Assembly (NCBI RefSeq): GCF_009914755.1
Contig: NC_060947.1
Strand: one strand, 5' to 3'
Length of the DNA: 64,000 bases
Source: the human T2T-CHM13v2.0 reference genome, Homo sapiens
The notes under the pieces are model-generated. The model had not been told where the DNA came from. It worked only from the letters and a program-made list of their open reading frames with translations, and ran no database searches. The position numbers and the translations under genes were made by a program. Shown in pieces: positions 28,491-46,006 of the stretch (positions are counted from its first letter, which is position 1; each line of letters opens with the position of its first letter).

Positions 28491-30149
28491 CATTAAGTAT
28501 TCCATAAAGTTAATTTTTCCTAAAAGTTATAACCAAAAAGCCTACAATATGTCGTTTTAATATAACACAACAAAGAATTAAAAGAAGATCAACCTAACTC
28601 AAAGTCCATTCTTTTTGCTTTTTCCTTCTCTGTGACAGGTTTAGTCCTTCAGTGAGTACATGATACCCAGAGGATATAGAGAATAGCAGAAGGTAGTAAC
28701 CCAAATAATCAATTGATTCCAAAACGTCCAGCAGTTTGTAATGGAAGGGCTACTGGGCAAATGCAATGCAGTGATGGAGAGACCTGGAATAGGACTTACC
28801 CAGAGATCCAGGCAACATCTTAGAGGTCTGTCCATAGGCAGCAGGGAATCACGGGTAAGAGTGATTGTGAGGATCAGTGAACCTATTGGGAAGTGGGCTG
28901 GGATCTGAACAGCTGAGTTCTCAATATCCGTGACCCTTTCCTATACTGTTCAACTATGGTGGACACATTTCTGAACTTCGAGATAATCACTAAAAATAAA
29001 GTGAATGTCTGCCCACATCTACCAACAATTAAATAGATATTGGCCCTGACTATAATTTTGCTTCTGATAAGAAAATATGTTGGCTGGAACCCCAAAACAC
29101 TGATTTCTTGGAATAGCTGCAGACCATGATGCTAAGTCCTCAAAGAACATACTTCTCAGAGGACAGACAGACACTCCAGGCTTTCATGTCATAGGTCTAG
29201 ACCCAAGCCCCTGTGTTGCTTCTTAATCCCAGGATGAAGCTGGGACTGTCAGGAACCAGAGACAGTGCTATGCAGCCTACCCTAAGGCCTGTTCCCACAT
29301 TGGTTCCTCAGAATCTTACAGAGATTGTGGTCCTCTCGATCTTATTTCTCCAATTGCCAGCTGGGCCCCTGAAAACTAAGCCTAAAGAAAGACCCTCCAA
29401 TTCATATATCCTTGATTTTCTGAATCCAGTAACTTCCTTTTTGTGTCTTAGATGGCTCCATTTTGCTCTTGTCTTTTTGATGAAAAAGGGAAGAGTAGTA
29501 GTCTTAGATTGTCCCTAATGGTTAGAGAGTGCCACTACTACTCTTAACATCATGTGGAGCTCCTACTGGACAGGGAATTTGGAGCTACTTCATTTGGGTA
29601 TTTGAGTGCTTTTTGGATTACACTTTATTTTAAAAATATGGCCATGTGAGATGTAAAAACAAGGGAACCAATATTTCTAGAGTATCTTCTTTGTTTTTAA
29701 AAGCCAGAAAAGCAACATTCTGAGAATGAGCTAGAGTATCCCAGAAAGGCATGAGACAAAAATATATAAAACACCAGCAGCAGTGGACATCTCCTTCCTC
29801 CATGAAAAAGGCCAATGAGCAAAATCAAGGCAATGAGCTTCAATGAAAACCCAACAGGTATCATGATCCAAAGGGGTTTAGTGTGGTAGAATGCCACATG
29901 AATGGGGAAAGGAGAAAGATGCTATCAGCCACTAGTCGTTCTAAGAATCAACTGAAGCCCAGGTTTCTTTCCAAAGGAGAGAGAAGAGGGCTAAAAAGAG
30001 CTGAGCCAAGATTTTGGCCCAGCAGCTAACTGAAAGAACTTCACTCATCTCAGACATTTGGCTAAGTATGTGAGGGCTTAAGAAACTGAGCATCATAGGC
30101 CTGGTCAGAGTTCAGATTCAACATCAACATACATCAGCAGTTATTAATT

Positions 30150-31790
30150 TTAAAATGTTACAGGAAAAAATATAATACTTGTTAACATGGAACAAAAGCT
30201 GAAAAAAATATTACTTATAAATATTTTTAAATCTGAATAAGTGGAGATATATGCCATTGACATGGATAGAATGATGCAGTATTAGACAGATGACCATTCT
30301 CTCCAACTTGCTCTATAAATTTGAAGGGACTGCAATAAAATCTAATATGTTTTATGTAAACAAAAATAAGAAGCTTATTTTAAAATTTATTTAGAAAAGA
30401 AAATGCACAAATACAGCCAAGGTATTTTTGGAAATAAAAACAACAAAGAAAGGTTTGTCCTACCAAATATCAAAACATGTTATGAAACTATAATTTTTGA
30501 AATTACATAATTGGTATAAGAATAAAAAAAGTAATGGACAAAATGGAGACCAGGAACATACTATAGATACACAGATGTATAGATATAGATGCAAATGGAT
30601 ATATGACAATAGTGATATTTCATATTCTTGTGGAAAGGATGGTTGAGTTTAATGCATAGATAGGAAACAATTGGCTATCCTTTTAGAAAGAGGATAAAGT
30701 TAGACCCCTATCTGACAGTATTTACAAAAGTAAATTTGACATTAATTAAAGAGTTAATTAAAGAGTTTAATTAATTAAAGAAATGAGGCTCAAATGTCAC
30801 TTATAATCTTGACAATTCTAATTGAATAAAAATGAGATTTTTTTCTATCAAAATGGCAAAATTTTTAATGCTGATAATACCAATGTTGAAGCCGTGAAGA
30901 AAAATTCTTTCATACATTGTTGATGAATATATAAATTGGTAAAGACTACTTTGGAATGCAATTTGCATTCAAAGAAATTCAAAATAGATGCATAACTTAA
31001 TGAAATAAGTAATTGTGCTAATTTACATTCCCACCAGCAGTATATAAGAGTTTCAATTATTCCACATCACAACCAACACTTAGTATATTCAGTCTTTTTT
31101 ATTTTAGTTATTCTAATGGTTAAGTGGCTTTTCATGGTGGTTTTAATTTGCATTATCTTGATGGGTGGTGATAATGAGTGTCTTTTCATGTGCTTATTGG
31201 CCTTTCATATAAAGTCATATGCTACATACACTGTTTCAGTCAACGATGGACCACATTCTTAAAGGTTATTTTCACTATAGATCTCTAAATTAACTACTTT
31301 TCCTTAGCACTTTAATGATGCTGTCCCACTCACTTCTGGCCTTCGTGAATTCTGATGAAAGTGTAGGATAATTTGAATTATTCTCCTTTATATAAGGTAT
31401 CATTTTGCATGGGCTGCTTTCCAGATTTTTTCAATCTTCTATTGCCAGCACTTTGATTTTGATGTAATCAGGCATGCTTTTGTTTATCCTCTTTAGAGAC
31501 TGATGTGGTAAATGAATCTGTAACTCGACGTGTTTTACCAAATTTTGAAAGTTTTCAGTCATTTTGTATTCTAGTAATTTTTTCTGTCCAGTTTTCTCTC
31601 TCCTCTTCTTCTAGAACTATCATTACCCATCTGTTAAAATTTTTGTATTGTTTTACGGTCCCAGAGGCTCTGTTCATTTTTAAATATCTGTTGTTTTTTT
31701 TCCTCCTGGTTTTCATATTAGATCATTACTATTGATCTTTCCTCAAATTTGGTCACTTTTTATTATATCATTTCCATTTTACTATTAAGT
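30150..31790. mobile_element. Old L1M fragments (plus strand to about 31000, minus strand after)
   Basis: Degenerate ORF2 3' sequence; antisense acattcccaccagcagtatataagagtt...; antisense ORF1-like region. Confidence 0.6.
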
Positions 31791-31794
31791 CACC

Positions 31795-32218
31795 TGTATA
31801 GTGTGTTTTATGCTGCTGTGTTTTGCTTTATGACAAAACACCTGAGACTGGGTAATTTATAAAGAACAGAAATTTATTTCTCACAGTTATGCTGCTGTGT
31901 TTTGCTTTATGACAAAACACCTGAGACTGAGTAAATTATAAAGAACAGAAATTTATTTCTCACAGTTTTGAAGGCTGAGAAGTCCACAATCAAGGCTCTG
32001 GAATCTTGTGAGGACCTTCTTCTTTGTCCTCACATGACAAGAAGCAGAAAGGGGCAAATCCATTCCAGCAAGCCTTGTTTATACTGGCATCAATTCATTC
32101 ATGAGGGCAGAGTCCTCATGACTGAAATCTCCCATTGGGCCCCACCTCCCAACACTGTTGCATTGAGAATTAACTTTCTAACATATGAATTCTGGGGGAC
32201 ATATTCAGACCACAGCAT
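31795..32218 (-). mobile_element. MST/MLT1A-type MaLR solo LTR with internal 79-bp tandem duplication
   Basis: gactgggtaatttataaagaacagaaatttatttctcacagtt...ggggacatattcagaccacagca. Confidence 0.85.
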
Positions 32219-32845
32219 CTCTCTAGTGATTTCTATTTAAGAAATTGGGTTCCCCAATAAATTTATTATTTAAGAGCTTCTTTACATTTTCTAATTCTCT
32301 GCTAATATTGCCTAGCTTACCATTTATTATAAGAATGCATACTTTTTAAAACTCACCAAGCATAGTTATAACAGCTGCTCCAAAGTCCTTGTCTAATAAT
32401 TCCAACATCTGAGTCATCTTGGAATTGCCATCTTTACTCTTGAGAGTGGCTCACATTTTCCTGGCCCTTTATATGTAGAATAATGTTAGGTTGTTTCTTG
32501 GACATGGCAAATGTTATGTTGTAGGGACTCTGACCTCCTTTATATTCCTCCTAAAAGTGTTGATGCTTTTTTTTTTAGCAGCCAATTAACTCAGTTAGAC
32601 TCAAATTTTAAGCTCTGTCATACCTGCGGTGGGAGGCAGCTCAATCTCAGTTCAGGTTGCTTTCAAACTGTTTCACACATGCATAGCTTAGCCAGTGACT
32701 TGGCATAGTTTTTACACAGAATGTAGGGTTTGCCTTTTCTGGATCTCTTCTTTTTGGATCCCCTCCTCTAAGTCTCTATAGCCCTCATTACCCTGAGCTC
32801 CTTTCTCTAGCCCTTCTATCCAGAAAGACAGCAGAATTTTGATGA

Positions 32846-33264
<419 letters not shown>

Positions 33265-34998
33265 AAAATAACACTTCTTTTCTTTGCTTCCCAGAGACTT
33301 TGGGAGTTGTTCTATTATATTTTGCTCAGACCTTATTGTTGTTACTTCAGGAAGATTGATTTGTTAGAAACGTATTCCTCCATAAATGTATTAGACCATT
33401 CTTGCACTGCTATGAAGAAATACTTGAGACTGAGTAATTTACAAAGAAAAGAGGTTTAATTGGCTCACAGTTCCACAGGGTGTACAGGAAGCATGGCTGA
33501 GGAGGCCTCAGGAAATTTACAATCACGGCAGAAGGTGAAGGGAAAGCAAGTACATTTTATACAGTCAGAGCAGGAGGAAGAGAGATGGGAGGAGGTGCTA
33601 CACACTTTTAAACAACTAGATGTCGTGAGTACTCACTCACTATCATGAGAGCAACATCAAGGGGGAAATGTGCCCCCATGATCCAATCACCTCCCACCAG
33701 GCTTCACCTCCAACATTGAGGATGATAATTTGACAGGAGATTTGGGTGGGGACAGAAATCCAAACCATATTATTCCACCCCAGCCCCTCCCAAATCTCAT
33801 GTCCTTCTCACAGTACAAAATACAATCATGCCTTCACAACAGTCCCTCAAAGTCTTAACTCATTCCAGCATTAACTCAAAAGTCTAAAGTCTCATCTGAG
33901 ACAAGGCTAATCCCTTCCACTTATGAGCCTGCAAAATTAAAAACAAGTTCATTACTTCCAAGATACAATGGAGGTATAGGCATTGGATAAATACACCCAC
34001 CCCAAATGGGAGACATTGGCCAACAGAAAGGAGGTACAGGCCCCATGCAAGTTCAAAACCCAGCAGGGCAGCCATTTAGTTTTAAAGCTCCCAAAATAAT
34101 CTCCTTTGACTCCATATCTCACATCTAGGGCATACTGGTGCAAGGGGTGGGCTCCCAAGGCCTTGAACAGCTCTGCTTCTCTGGCATTATAGGATACAGC
34201 CCCTGTGGCTGCTTTCATAGGCAGCTTTTCCAGGTGCACAGTGCAAGTTGTCAGTAGATCTACCATTCTGGGGTCTGAAGGATGGTGGCCCTCTTCTCAC
34301 AGCTTCACTACGTAGTGCTCCAATGGGGACTCTGTGTGGGGACTCCAACCTTACATTTCCCTTGACACTGCCCTAGTAGAGGTTCTTCATGAGGGACCCA
34401 CCCCTGTAGCAGGCTTTTGCCTGGACATCCAGGGATTTCCAAACATCTTCTGAAATCTAGGTGGGGGCTTCCAAGCCTCAACTTTTACACTGTGTGTGCT
34501 TGAAGGCTTAACACCACATGGAAGCCACCAAGGCTTATGGTTTGCACGCTCTGAAGAATCAGCCTGAACTGTACCTTGGCCCTTTTTAGCCACAACTTGA
34601 GCTGGAACAGGTGGGATGCAGGGCACTGTGTCTCAAGGCTGCACAGAGCAGCAGAGCCCTGGGCCTGGCCAAGGAAAACTTTCTTCCTTCACACGCTTCC
34701 AGGCCTGTGATTGGAGGGGCTGCTGTGCAGAGGTCTCTGAAATGCCTCTGAGGCTTTTTTCCTATTGTCTTGCACTGACTCCTGTCAATTAGCAATTGAC
34801 TCCTCTTAGGCAAATTTTTGCAGTCAGATTGAATTCATCCACTGAAAATGGGTCTTTCTTTTCTACCACATGGCTGAGCTGCAAATTTTCCAAACTTTTA
34901 TGTTTTGCTTCCCTTTGCTCACATATGTGAGAATATGCTGTTAGAAGCAACCAGGCCACATCTTGAATGCTTTGCTGCTTAGAAATTTCTTCCACCAG

Positions 34999-35152
34999 CT
35001 CTCTTGCTCTTCTGCCTAGTGCTATATAAGGATAGAGCTTTTCTCTCCTTCAGAGGATATAGCAAGATGCAATCTTAGAAACAGAAAATGCCCCTCACCA
35101 CATAACTGAGCCTACCAGCACCTTGATTTTGGATCTCCCAGCCTCCAAAACG
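34999..35152 (+). mobile_element. MSTD-like LTR fragment at the 5' end of the inserted unit
   Basis: ctcttgctcttctgcc...cagcaccttgattttggatctcccagcctccaaaac matches the MST LTR 3' half; orientation opposite to the host MSTA. Confidence 0.75.
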
Positions 35153-35168
35153 ATTCAGGGGAGAGGAG

Positions 35169-35179
35169 CCAAGATGGCC
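35169..35179 (-). promoter_or_regulatory. YY1 site of the L1 internal promoter
   Basis: ccaagatggcc at the canonical position of the L1PA 5'UTR. Confidence 0.8.
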
Positions 35180-35347
35180 GAATAGGAACAGCTCTGGACT
35201 ACAGCTCCCAGCATGAGCGATGCAGAAGAGGGGTGATTTCTGCATTTCCAACTGAGGTATCGGGTTCACCTCACTGGGAAGTGCAAGACAGTAGGCGCAG
35301 GACAGTGGGTGCAGCACACCAGGCATGAGCCAAAGCAGGGTGAGGCA

Positions 35348-35611
35348 TCACCTCACCCAGAAAGCACAAGGGGTCAGGGAATTCCCTTTCCTAGTCAAAG
35401 AAAGGGTTGACAGATGGCACCTGGAAAATTGGGTCACTCCCACCCTAATACTGTGCTTTTCCAACGGGCTTAAAAAATGGTGCACCAGGAGATCATATCC
35501 CACACCTGGCTCGGAGGGTCCTACACCCACGGAGTCTCGCTCGTTGCTGGCACAGGAGTCCGAGATCAAACTGCAAGGCAGCAGCGAGGCTAGGGGAGGG
35601 GTGCCTGCCAT
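35348..35611 (-). CDS. L1 antisense ORF0-like open frame (87 aa)
   Basis: MAGTPPLASLLPCSLISDSCASNERDSVGVGPSEPGVGY...IRVGVTQFSR matches primate L1 ORF0p; expression not shown. Confidence 0.55.
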   Translation of the reverse strand: MAGTPPLASLLPCSLISDSCASNERDSVGVGPSEPGVGYDLLVHHFLSPLEKHSIRVGVTQFSRCHLSTLSLTRKGNSLTPCAFWVR

Positions 35612-36192
35612 TGCCGAGTTAGTTGTTTGATTAGGTAAACAAAGCAGCTGGGAAGCTCGAACTAGGTGGAGCCCACCACAGCTCAAGGAGGCCTGCCTGC
35701 CTCTGTAGGCTCCACCTCTGGGGGTAGGGCACAGACAAAAAAAGGACAGCAGTAACCTCTACAGACTTAAATGTCCCTGTCTGACAGCTTTGAAGAGAGT
35801 AGTGGTTCTCCCAGCATGCAGCTTGAGATCTGAGAACGGGCAGACTACCTCCTCAATTGGGTCCCTGACCCCCGAGTAGCCTAACTGGGAGGCAGCCCGC
35901 AGTAGGGGTGGACTGACACCTCACACAGTTGGGTACTCCTCTGAGACAAAACTTCCAGAGGAATGATCAGGCAGCAGCATTTGCGGTTCACCAATACACA
36001 CTGTTCTACAGCCACAGCTGCTGATACCCAGACAAACAGGGTCTGGAGTGGACCTCTAGCAAACTCCAACAGACCTGCAGCTGAGGGTCCTGTCTGTTAG
36101 AAGGAAAACTAACCAACAGAAAGGACATCCACACCAAAAACCCATCTGTACATCACCATCATCAAAGACCAAAGATAGATAAAACCACAAAG

Positions 36193-37210
36193 ATGGGAAA
36201 AAAACAGAGCAGAAAAAACTGGAAACTCTAAAAACCAGAGTGCCTCTCCACCTCAAAAGGAATGCAGCTCCTCACCGGCAATGGAACAAAGCTGGATGGA
36301 GAATGACTTTGAGGAATTGAGAGAAGAAGGCTTCAGAAGATCAAACTACTCTGAGCTACAGGAGGAAATTCAAACCAATGGCAAAGAACTTAAAAGCTTT
36401 GAAAAAAAATTAGACGAATGGATAAGGAGAATAAACAATGCAGAGAAGTCCTTAAAGGACCTGATGGAGCTGAAAACCAAGGCATGAGAGCTACATGAAG
36501 AATGCAGAAGCCTCAGTAGCCGATGCGATCAACTGAAAGAAAGGGTATCAGTGATGGAAGACGAAATGAATGAAATGAAGTGAGAAGAGAAGTTTAGAGA
36601 AAAAAGAATAAAAAGAAACGAACAAAGCCTCCAAGAAATATGGGACTATGTGAAAAGACCAAATCTACATATGATTGGGGTACCTGAAAGTGATGCAGAG
36701 AATGGAACCAAATTGGAAAACACTCTGCAGGATATTATCCAGGAGAACTTCCCCAATCTAGCAAGGCAGGCCAACATTCAGATTCAGGAATTACAGAGAA
36801 CACCACAAAGATAGTCCTTGAGAAAAGCAACTCCAAGACACATAATTGTCAGATTCACCAAAGTTGAAATGAAGGAAAAAATGTTAAGGGCAGCCAGAGA
36901 GAAATGTCGGGTTACCCATAAAGGTAAGCACATCAGACTAACAGCGGATCTCTCAGCAGAAACTCTACAAGCCAGAAGAAAGTGGGGGCCAATATTCAAC
37001 ATTCTTAAGGAAAAGAATTTTCAACCCAGAATTTCATATCCAGCCAAACTAAGCTTCATAAGTGAAGGAGAAATAAAATTCTTTACAGACAAGCAAATGC
37101 TGAGAGTTTTTGTCACCACCAGGCCTCCCCTAAAAGAGCTCCTGAAGGAAGCACTAAACATGGAAAGGAACAACTGGTACCAGCCACTGCAAAAACATGC
37201 CAAATTGTAA
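36193..37210 (+). pseudogene. L1 ORF1p, disrupted
   Basis: ATG GGA AAA AAA CAG; fragments MEQSWMENDF and RHIIVRF...QKHAKL with in-frame stops. Confidence 0.95.
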
Positions 37211-37273
37211 AGACCATCAAGGCTAGGAAGAAACTGCATCAACTAACGAGCAAAATAACCAGCTAACATCATA

Positions 37274-41102
<3,829 letters not shown>

Positions 41103-41343
41103 ACAATGAGAACACATGGACACAGGAAGGGGAACATCACACACCAGGGACTGTTGTGGGGTGGGGGGAGGGGGGAGGGATAGCATTAGGAGATATACCT
41201 AATGCTAAATGACGAGTTAATGGGTGCAGCACACCAACATGGCACATGTATACATATGTAACAAACCTGCACGTTGTGCACATGTACCCTAAAACTTAAA
41301 GTATTATAATAATAAAATAACAAATATATAAAATGAAAAAAAG

Positions 41344-41870
41344 ATTCAGGGGGTACAAGTTCAGGGGGTATATTATGTAATGCTGGGTTTTGGGCTTCTA
41401 GTGAATCCATCATGCAAATATTGAACATAGTACCCACTACATAGTTTTTCAACCCTCATAACCCTTCCAACCTTTTTTTTTTTTTTTTTTTTTGGAATTC
41501 CCTGGGTCTTTTGTTTCCATCTTTCTGTTCATGTGTACCCATTGATTAGCTACCACTTATGAGTGAGAACATGTGGTATTTGATTTCTGTTTCTGAGTTA
41601 TTTCACTTAGGATAATGTTCTCCAGCTGCATCCTTGTTGGTGTGAAGAACAGGATTTCATTTTTTATGGCTCTGTGGTATTCCTAGATGTATATGTCCTA
41701 AATTTTCTTTATCTAATCCACCAGTGATGGACACTTGGGTTGACTCCATGACTTGGTATTGTGAATAGTGCCACGATAAACTTACCAGTGCAAGTGTCTT
41801 TTTGATAAAACAATTTATTTTTCTTTGGATATATACTCAGTAGTGGGATTTTTAGTTCTTTGAGAAATCT
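41344..41870 (-). mobile_element. Older L1PA (L1PA15/16-like) 3' fragment lacking its poly(T) end
   Basis: attcagggggtac...ccacttatgagtgagaacatgtggtatttg...; compare the intact end at 43585-43620. Confidence 0.8.
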
Positions 41871-41907
41871 GAGTACTAATACAGAGGAAATTAAAGTTTC
41901 ACCTAAA

Positions 41908-42208
41908 TTTTTATTTTCGTCTTTTATTTTTTATTTGAGACAGGATCTCTGTCATCCAGACTGGAGTGCAGTAGCATAACCACTTACTACACTCTAGACC
42001 TCCTGGGCTCAAGCAGTCCTCCTACAAGAGCCTTCTGAGTAGCTGAGACTGAAGGCTTGCATCACCACACCAGCTAATTTTTAATTTTTTGTAGAGACGG
42101 GGCCTCCTTATGCTGCCCAGGCTTGTCTGGAGCTCCTGGGCTCAAACAGTTCTCTCATGTTGACCTTCCAAAGTGCTGGAATTACAGGCATGAGCCACTG
42201 TGCCAACT
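41908..42208 (-). mobile_element. AluJ
   Basis: Antisense dimer; degenerate TSD accta(a)attttt. Confidence 0.9.
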
Positions 42209-43582
42209 CGTCGACCTAATTTTTTAAAGCACAGGAATATAATGCTACTTTCATCATTTTCATTCAGTTAGAACAATTATGGTAAACAAGGTCTGAAACT
42301 TAGACATTTCTCAAAAACCTAAACCATTTAAAATGACATTTACATTTCATACTTTTTTCTTTTTCCTAATAGTTTCCTTTCCTTTGTAATATTATAGCTG
42401 AAAAGAATTTAATTGAATAAAATCAGATTCTTCTATAGTCATAAAAGGCATAGTTATGATTTTCCGATTTAAAATTAACAATTTACTTTTGGCAGCAATT
42501 AAATATTGAAGCTTTATTATGTACCAACTAAAAAAAAAAAAAAGAAATTTCTTCCACCAGAAACTCTAAATCTTCACTCTCAAATTCAAAGTTCCACATA
42601 TCCCTAGAGCAGGAACACAATCCAACTAGGCTCTTTCCCAAAGCATAGCAAGAGTGACTGTTACTTCATTTCCCATAAGCTCCCATTTCCATCTGAGATC
42701 TCTTCAGCCTGGACTTAACTGTCAATATCACTGTCAGAATTTTTGTCACAATGATTCAACAAGTCTCTAGAAAGTTCTAAACTTTCTCTCACCTTCATGT
42801 CTTTTTCTGAGCCCTCCAAACTGTTCCAACCTCTGCCCATTACCCAGTTCCAAAGCTGCTTCCACATTTTCAGGTATCTTTATAGCAATGTCCCACTCCT
42901 TGATACCAATTTTCTGTATTAGTTTATTCTTGTACTTCTATAAAGAAATACCTGAGACTGGGTAATTTATAAAGAAAGGAGGTTTAATTGGATCACAGTT
43001 CCACAGGCTGTATGGGAAGTATGGCTGGGGAGGCCTCAGGAAATTTAAAATTATGGTGGAAGGCAAAGGGAAAGCAGGCGCATCTCACATGGCTGGAGCA
43101 GGAGGAAGGAGAGAGGAGGTGCTACACCCTTTTAAACAACTAGTTCCCATGAGTCCTCAATCATTATTATGAGAGCAGCACCGAGAAGGAAATCTGCTCC
43201 TATGATCCAATCACCTCCCACTAGGCCTATCCTCCAACACTGGGGATGATATTTGACATGAGATTTGGTTGGAGACACAGACACAAAACATATCAATACG
43301 GAAAGCAGTACTGAATAATTAGAAATGAATTTTTATAAATGAAGGCTACACTTAAGGTCATGTATTTATTACATGGCACTGCCCTCAAAAACCATTCTTT
43401 TTTCCATGACACAATATTTATTTTTTTCTTTTTTGGGTTCATGATTTTTTCTTATATTATTTTTAGTTTTATTTTATTTTTGATTGACACATAATAATAC
43501 TACCTGCTAATTACACTGATTTGATAATTACACAATGTATACACATACTGAAGCATCAAATTTTACCCCATATTCTTTCTTT

Positions 43583-43793
43583 AATTTTTTTAACTTTCAT
43601 TTTAGGTTCAGGAGTACATGTGCAGGTTTGCTATATAGGTAAGTTGCATGTCACAGGAGTTTGGTATACAGATTATTTTGTCACCCAGGTAATAAGCATA
43701 GTACCTGATAGGTAGTTTTCTTTATCCCCTCCCTTCTCCCATCCTCCACCCTCAAGTAGACCCCAGTGTCTTTGTTCTATTCTTTATGTCCAT
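43583..43793 (-). mobile_element. L1PA 3' end fragment
   Basis: tttttaactttcattttaggttcaggagtacatgtgcaggtttg... Confidence 0.85.
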
Positions 43794-44705
43794 GACTTCA
43801 CAATAATTTTCAAACAATACTCACAAAGAGGAATATACACTATTGCTATTAAAATGAAATTTGAAGTAAATTTTCATATTTCTATCTTGAATGAATTTCT
43901 CAAATGTCTTCTTGAGACCTTCTGGGACAATGCCTGCCACTGAGTACAGTAAGGTGGTCAAGCCATGGCTGAACTGCCACTAAATTACTTTCCCTTTGGA
44001 TAACACATCCATCCTGAGAGCTTGCCTTTAAGCTCTATAGATTCATAAACATCATGGCCTCAGCTTCCCTGGGGGTGAATTGCTCGGAATAATTGATTTA
44101 TATTCACTGAGGCACCAGAGACTAATTTATAAACTGTCATTTATTAATTTTCTGTAAGCAATACCACTCCTGAGCAGACTGAGGACTCATGTCAGCTTAT
44201 TGTCTTCTCAGTAGGAAAACACACTTGGGAAAGCAAATCAAGATCAGAAGTCCCTGAGTGAACAGTCAGGGCAAAGAGAGCACATGCTTTGAAGGAGAAT
44301 ATTCATCAAATCCTAATAGCTGTTATCTTCTGTCCTTTCTAGCCACTTCTAGCTGAAATCATAAATGCCTTCTGCCTACCTTGCCCAGTCCTGAACTGGG
44401 GATAAAAATTTCAATTCGGCAGTAGGTTGGAGTGTGAGATTAGTCTTCCTTCTTGCATTGGTTTTGATAGTTTTTAGTCCAGTTTCTTGTTGAATCTGAG
44501 ACTCTGCTCAGACTGACTCCTGATCTGTCTTGCCATGCCCCTGCTCCAGAGCTTTCCCTACTGTTCTTTTCCCCACCCCAGCCATATAGAGCCTTGATGA
44601 TATGACCTGTCTGAAACCTAGGTTCTCACTACTGGCAACTATCCACTCATCAACTGAGACTACACAAATTATGTTAAAGGTCTATTAAAACATCTTTCTC
44701 CACTG

Positions 44706-44733
44706 TCATCATCATCATCATCATCATCATCAT
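44706..44733. repeat. (TCA)n microsatellite next to a MIR fragment
   Basis: About 9 tca units read directly. Confidence 0.9.
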
Positions 44734-45136
44734 TCCATGCTAGGAGTTTCAGTAAAAAGGCTTTTACTTCCTGCGAGGTAGAAAAGGCAGGTATAATTAT
44801 TTTCACTTTATAGTTGAGAAACTTGGAGCTCAGAGAAGTTATTTTGAAAACAGAACTGGGATTCACATTTACATTCCATCCTCAAACTCTTTTTCCTACA
44901 ATAGTGTTTCACCCAAGATACTCATTATAATGCAGATTCTTAAGCCCCAACACAGACTTCTTTTATCAGGTTCCCCAAGGATGAATTTTTGTAAATAATT
45001 TTTAAAGGTCCTCCCAGGTGTTTCTTATGGATTGACAAAATGGCAAATACCACACAATACCCTGGCTACCTATAAGAGTTGGCCAGTTAGTATTTGATCT
45101 CCTCTGTATAGTGCTGGAAATATCCTGGAAAAATGT

Positions 45137-45520
45137 TGTCTTCATCTATTTTGTGCTGCTATGACAGAATACCATAGACTGGGTAATTTATAATGAACAG
45201 AAATTTATTGATTCACATTTCTGAAGACTGGGAAGTACAAGATTGAGGGGCCAGCATCTGGCAAGGACCCTCTTGCTGCATCATCTCATGGTTGAAGAGC
45301 AAAGACAGGGGAAGAGAGAGAAAAGGTGAGCATACCTGTTCTTGTATAATGGACTCACTTGTGATAATAAATGCACTCCTGTGATAACATTAATTCATTC
45401 ATAAGGACAGAGCCCTTGCAGCCTAATTACCTCCCATTAGGTCCCACCTCCCAATATTGTTGCACTGTGAGTTAAGTTTCCAATACAGGCTTTTGCAGGG
45501 AAACATTCAAACTATAGTGC
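45137..45520 (-). mobile_element. MST (MSTC-like) solo LTR
   Basis: tgtcttcatctattttgtgctgctatgacagaataccatagactgggtaattt...acattcaaactatag. Confidence 0.85.
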
Positions 45521-45709
45521 ATGTTCATGTGGTCCTAGGTCTTTGCATCATGTCATTTTAGGAGCTTCTATTTCTTGAGATGGGCCACTTCAGATAGGGA
45601 ATCATACCAGGTTGAATGTTAATTCCAGAGGTATTTGCCTACAATTTTTATACACTTTACTTCCTGCAACTTTACTTCTAGGAAACTCTAACCCTTGTGA
45701 TTCCTTTAA

Positions 45710-46006
<297 letters not shown>

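Noticed and set aside
31212-31258. Possible Tigger3/MER7 terminal fragment (gtttcagtcaacgatggaccacat)
   Set aside because: Too short to call with confidence
44669-44866. ORF with a poly-Asp run
   Set aside because: Produced by the (TCA)n microsatellite
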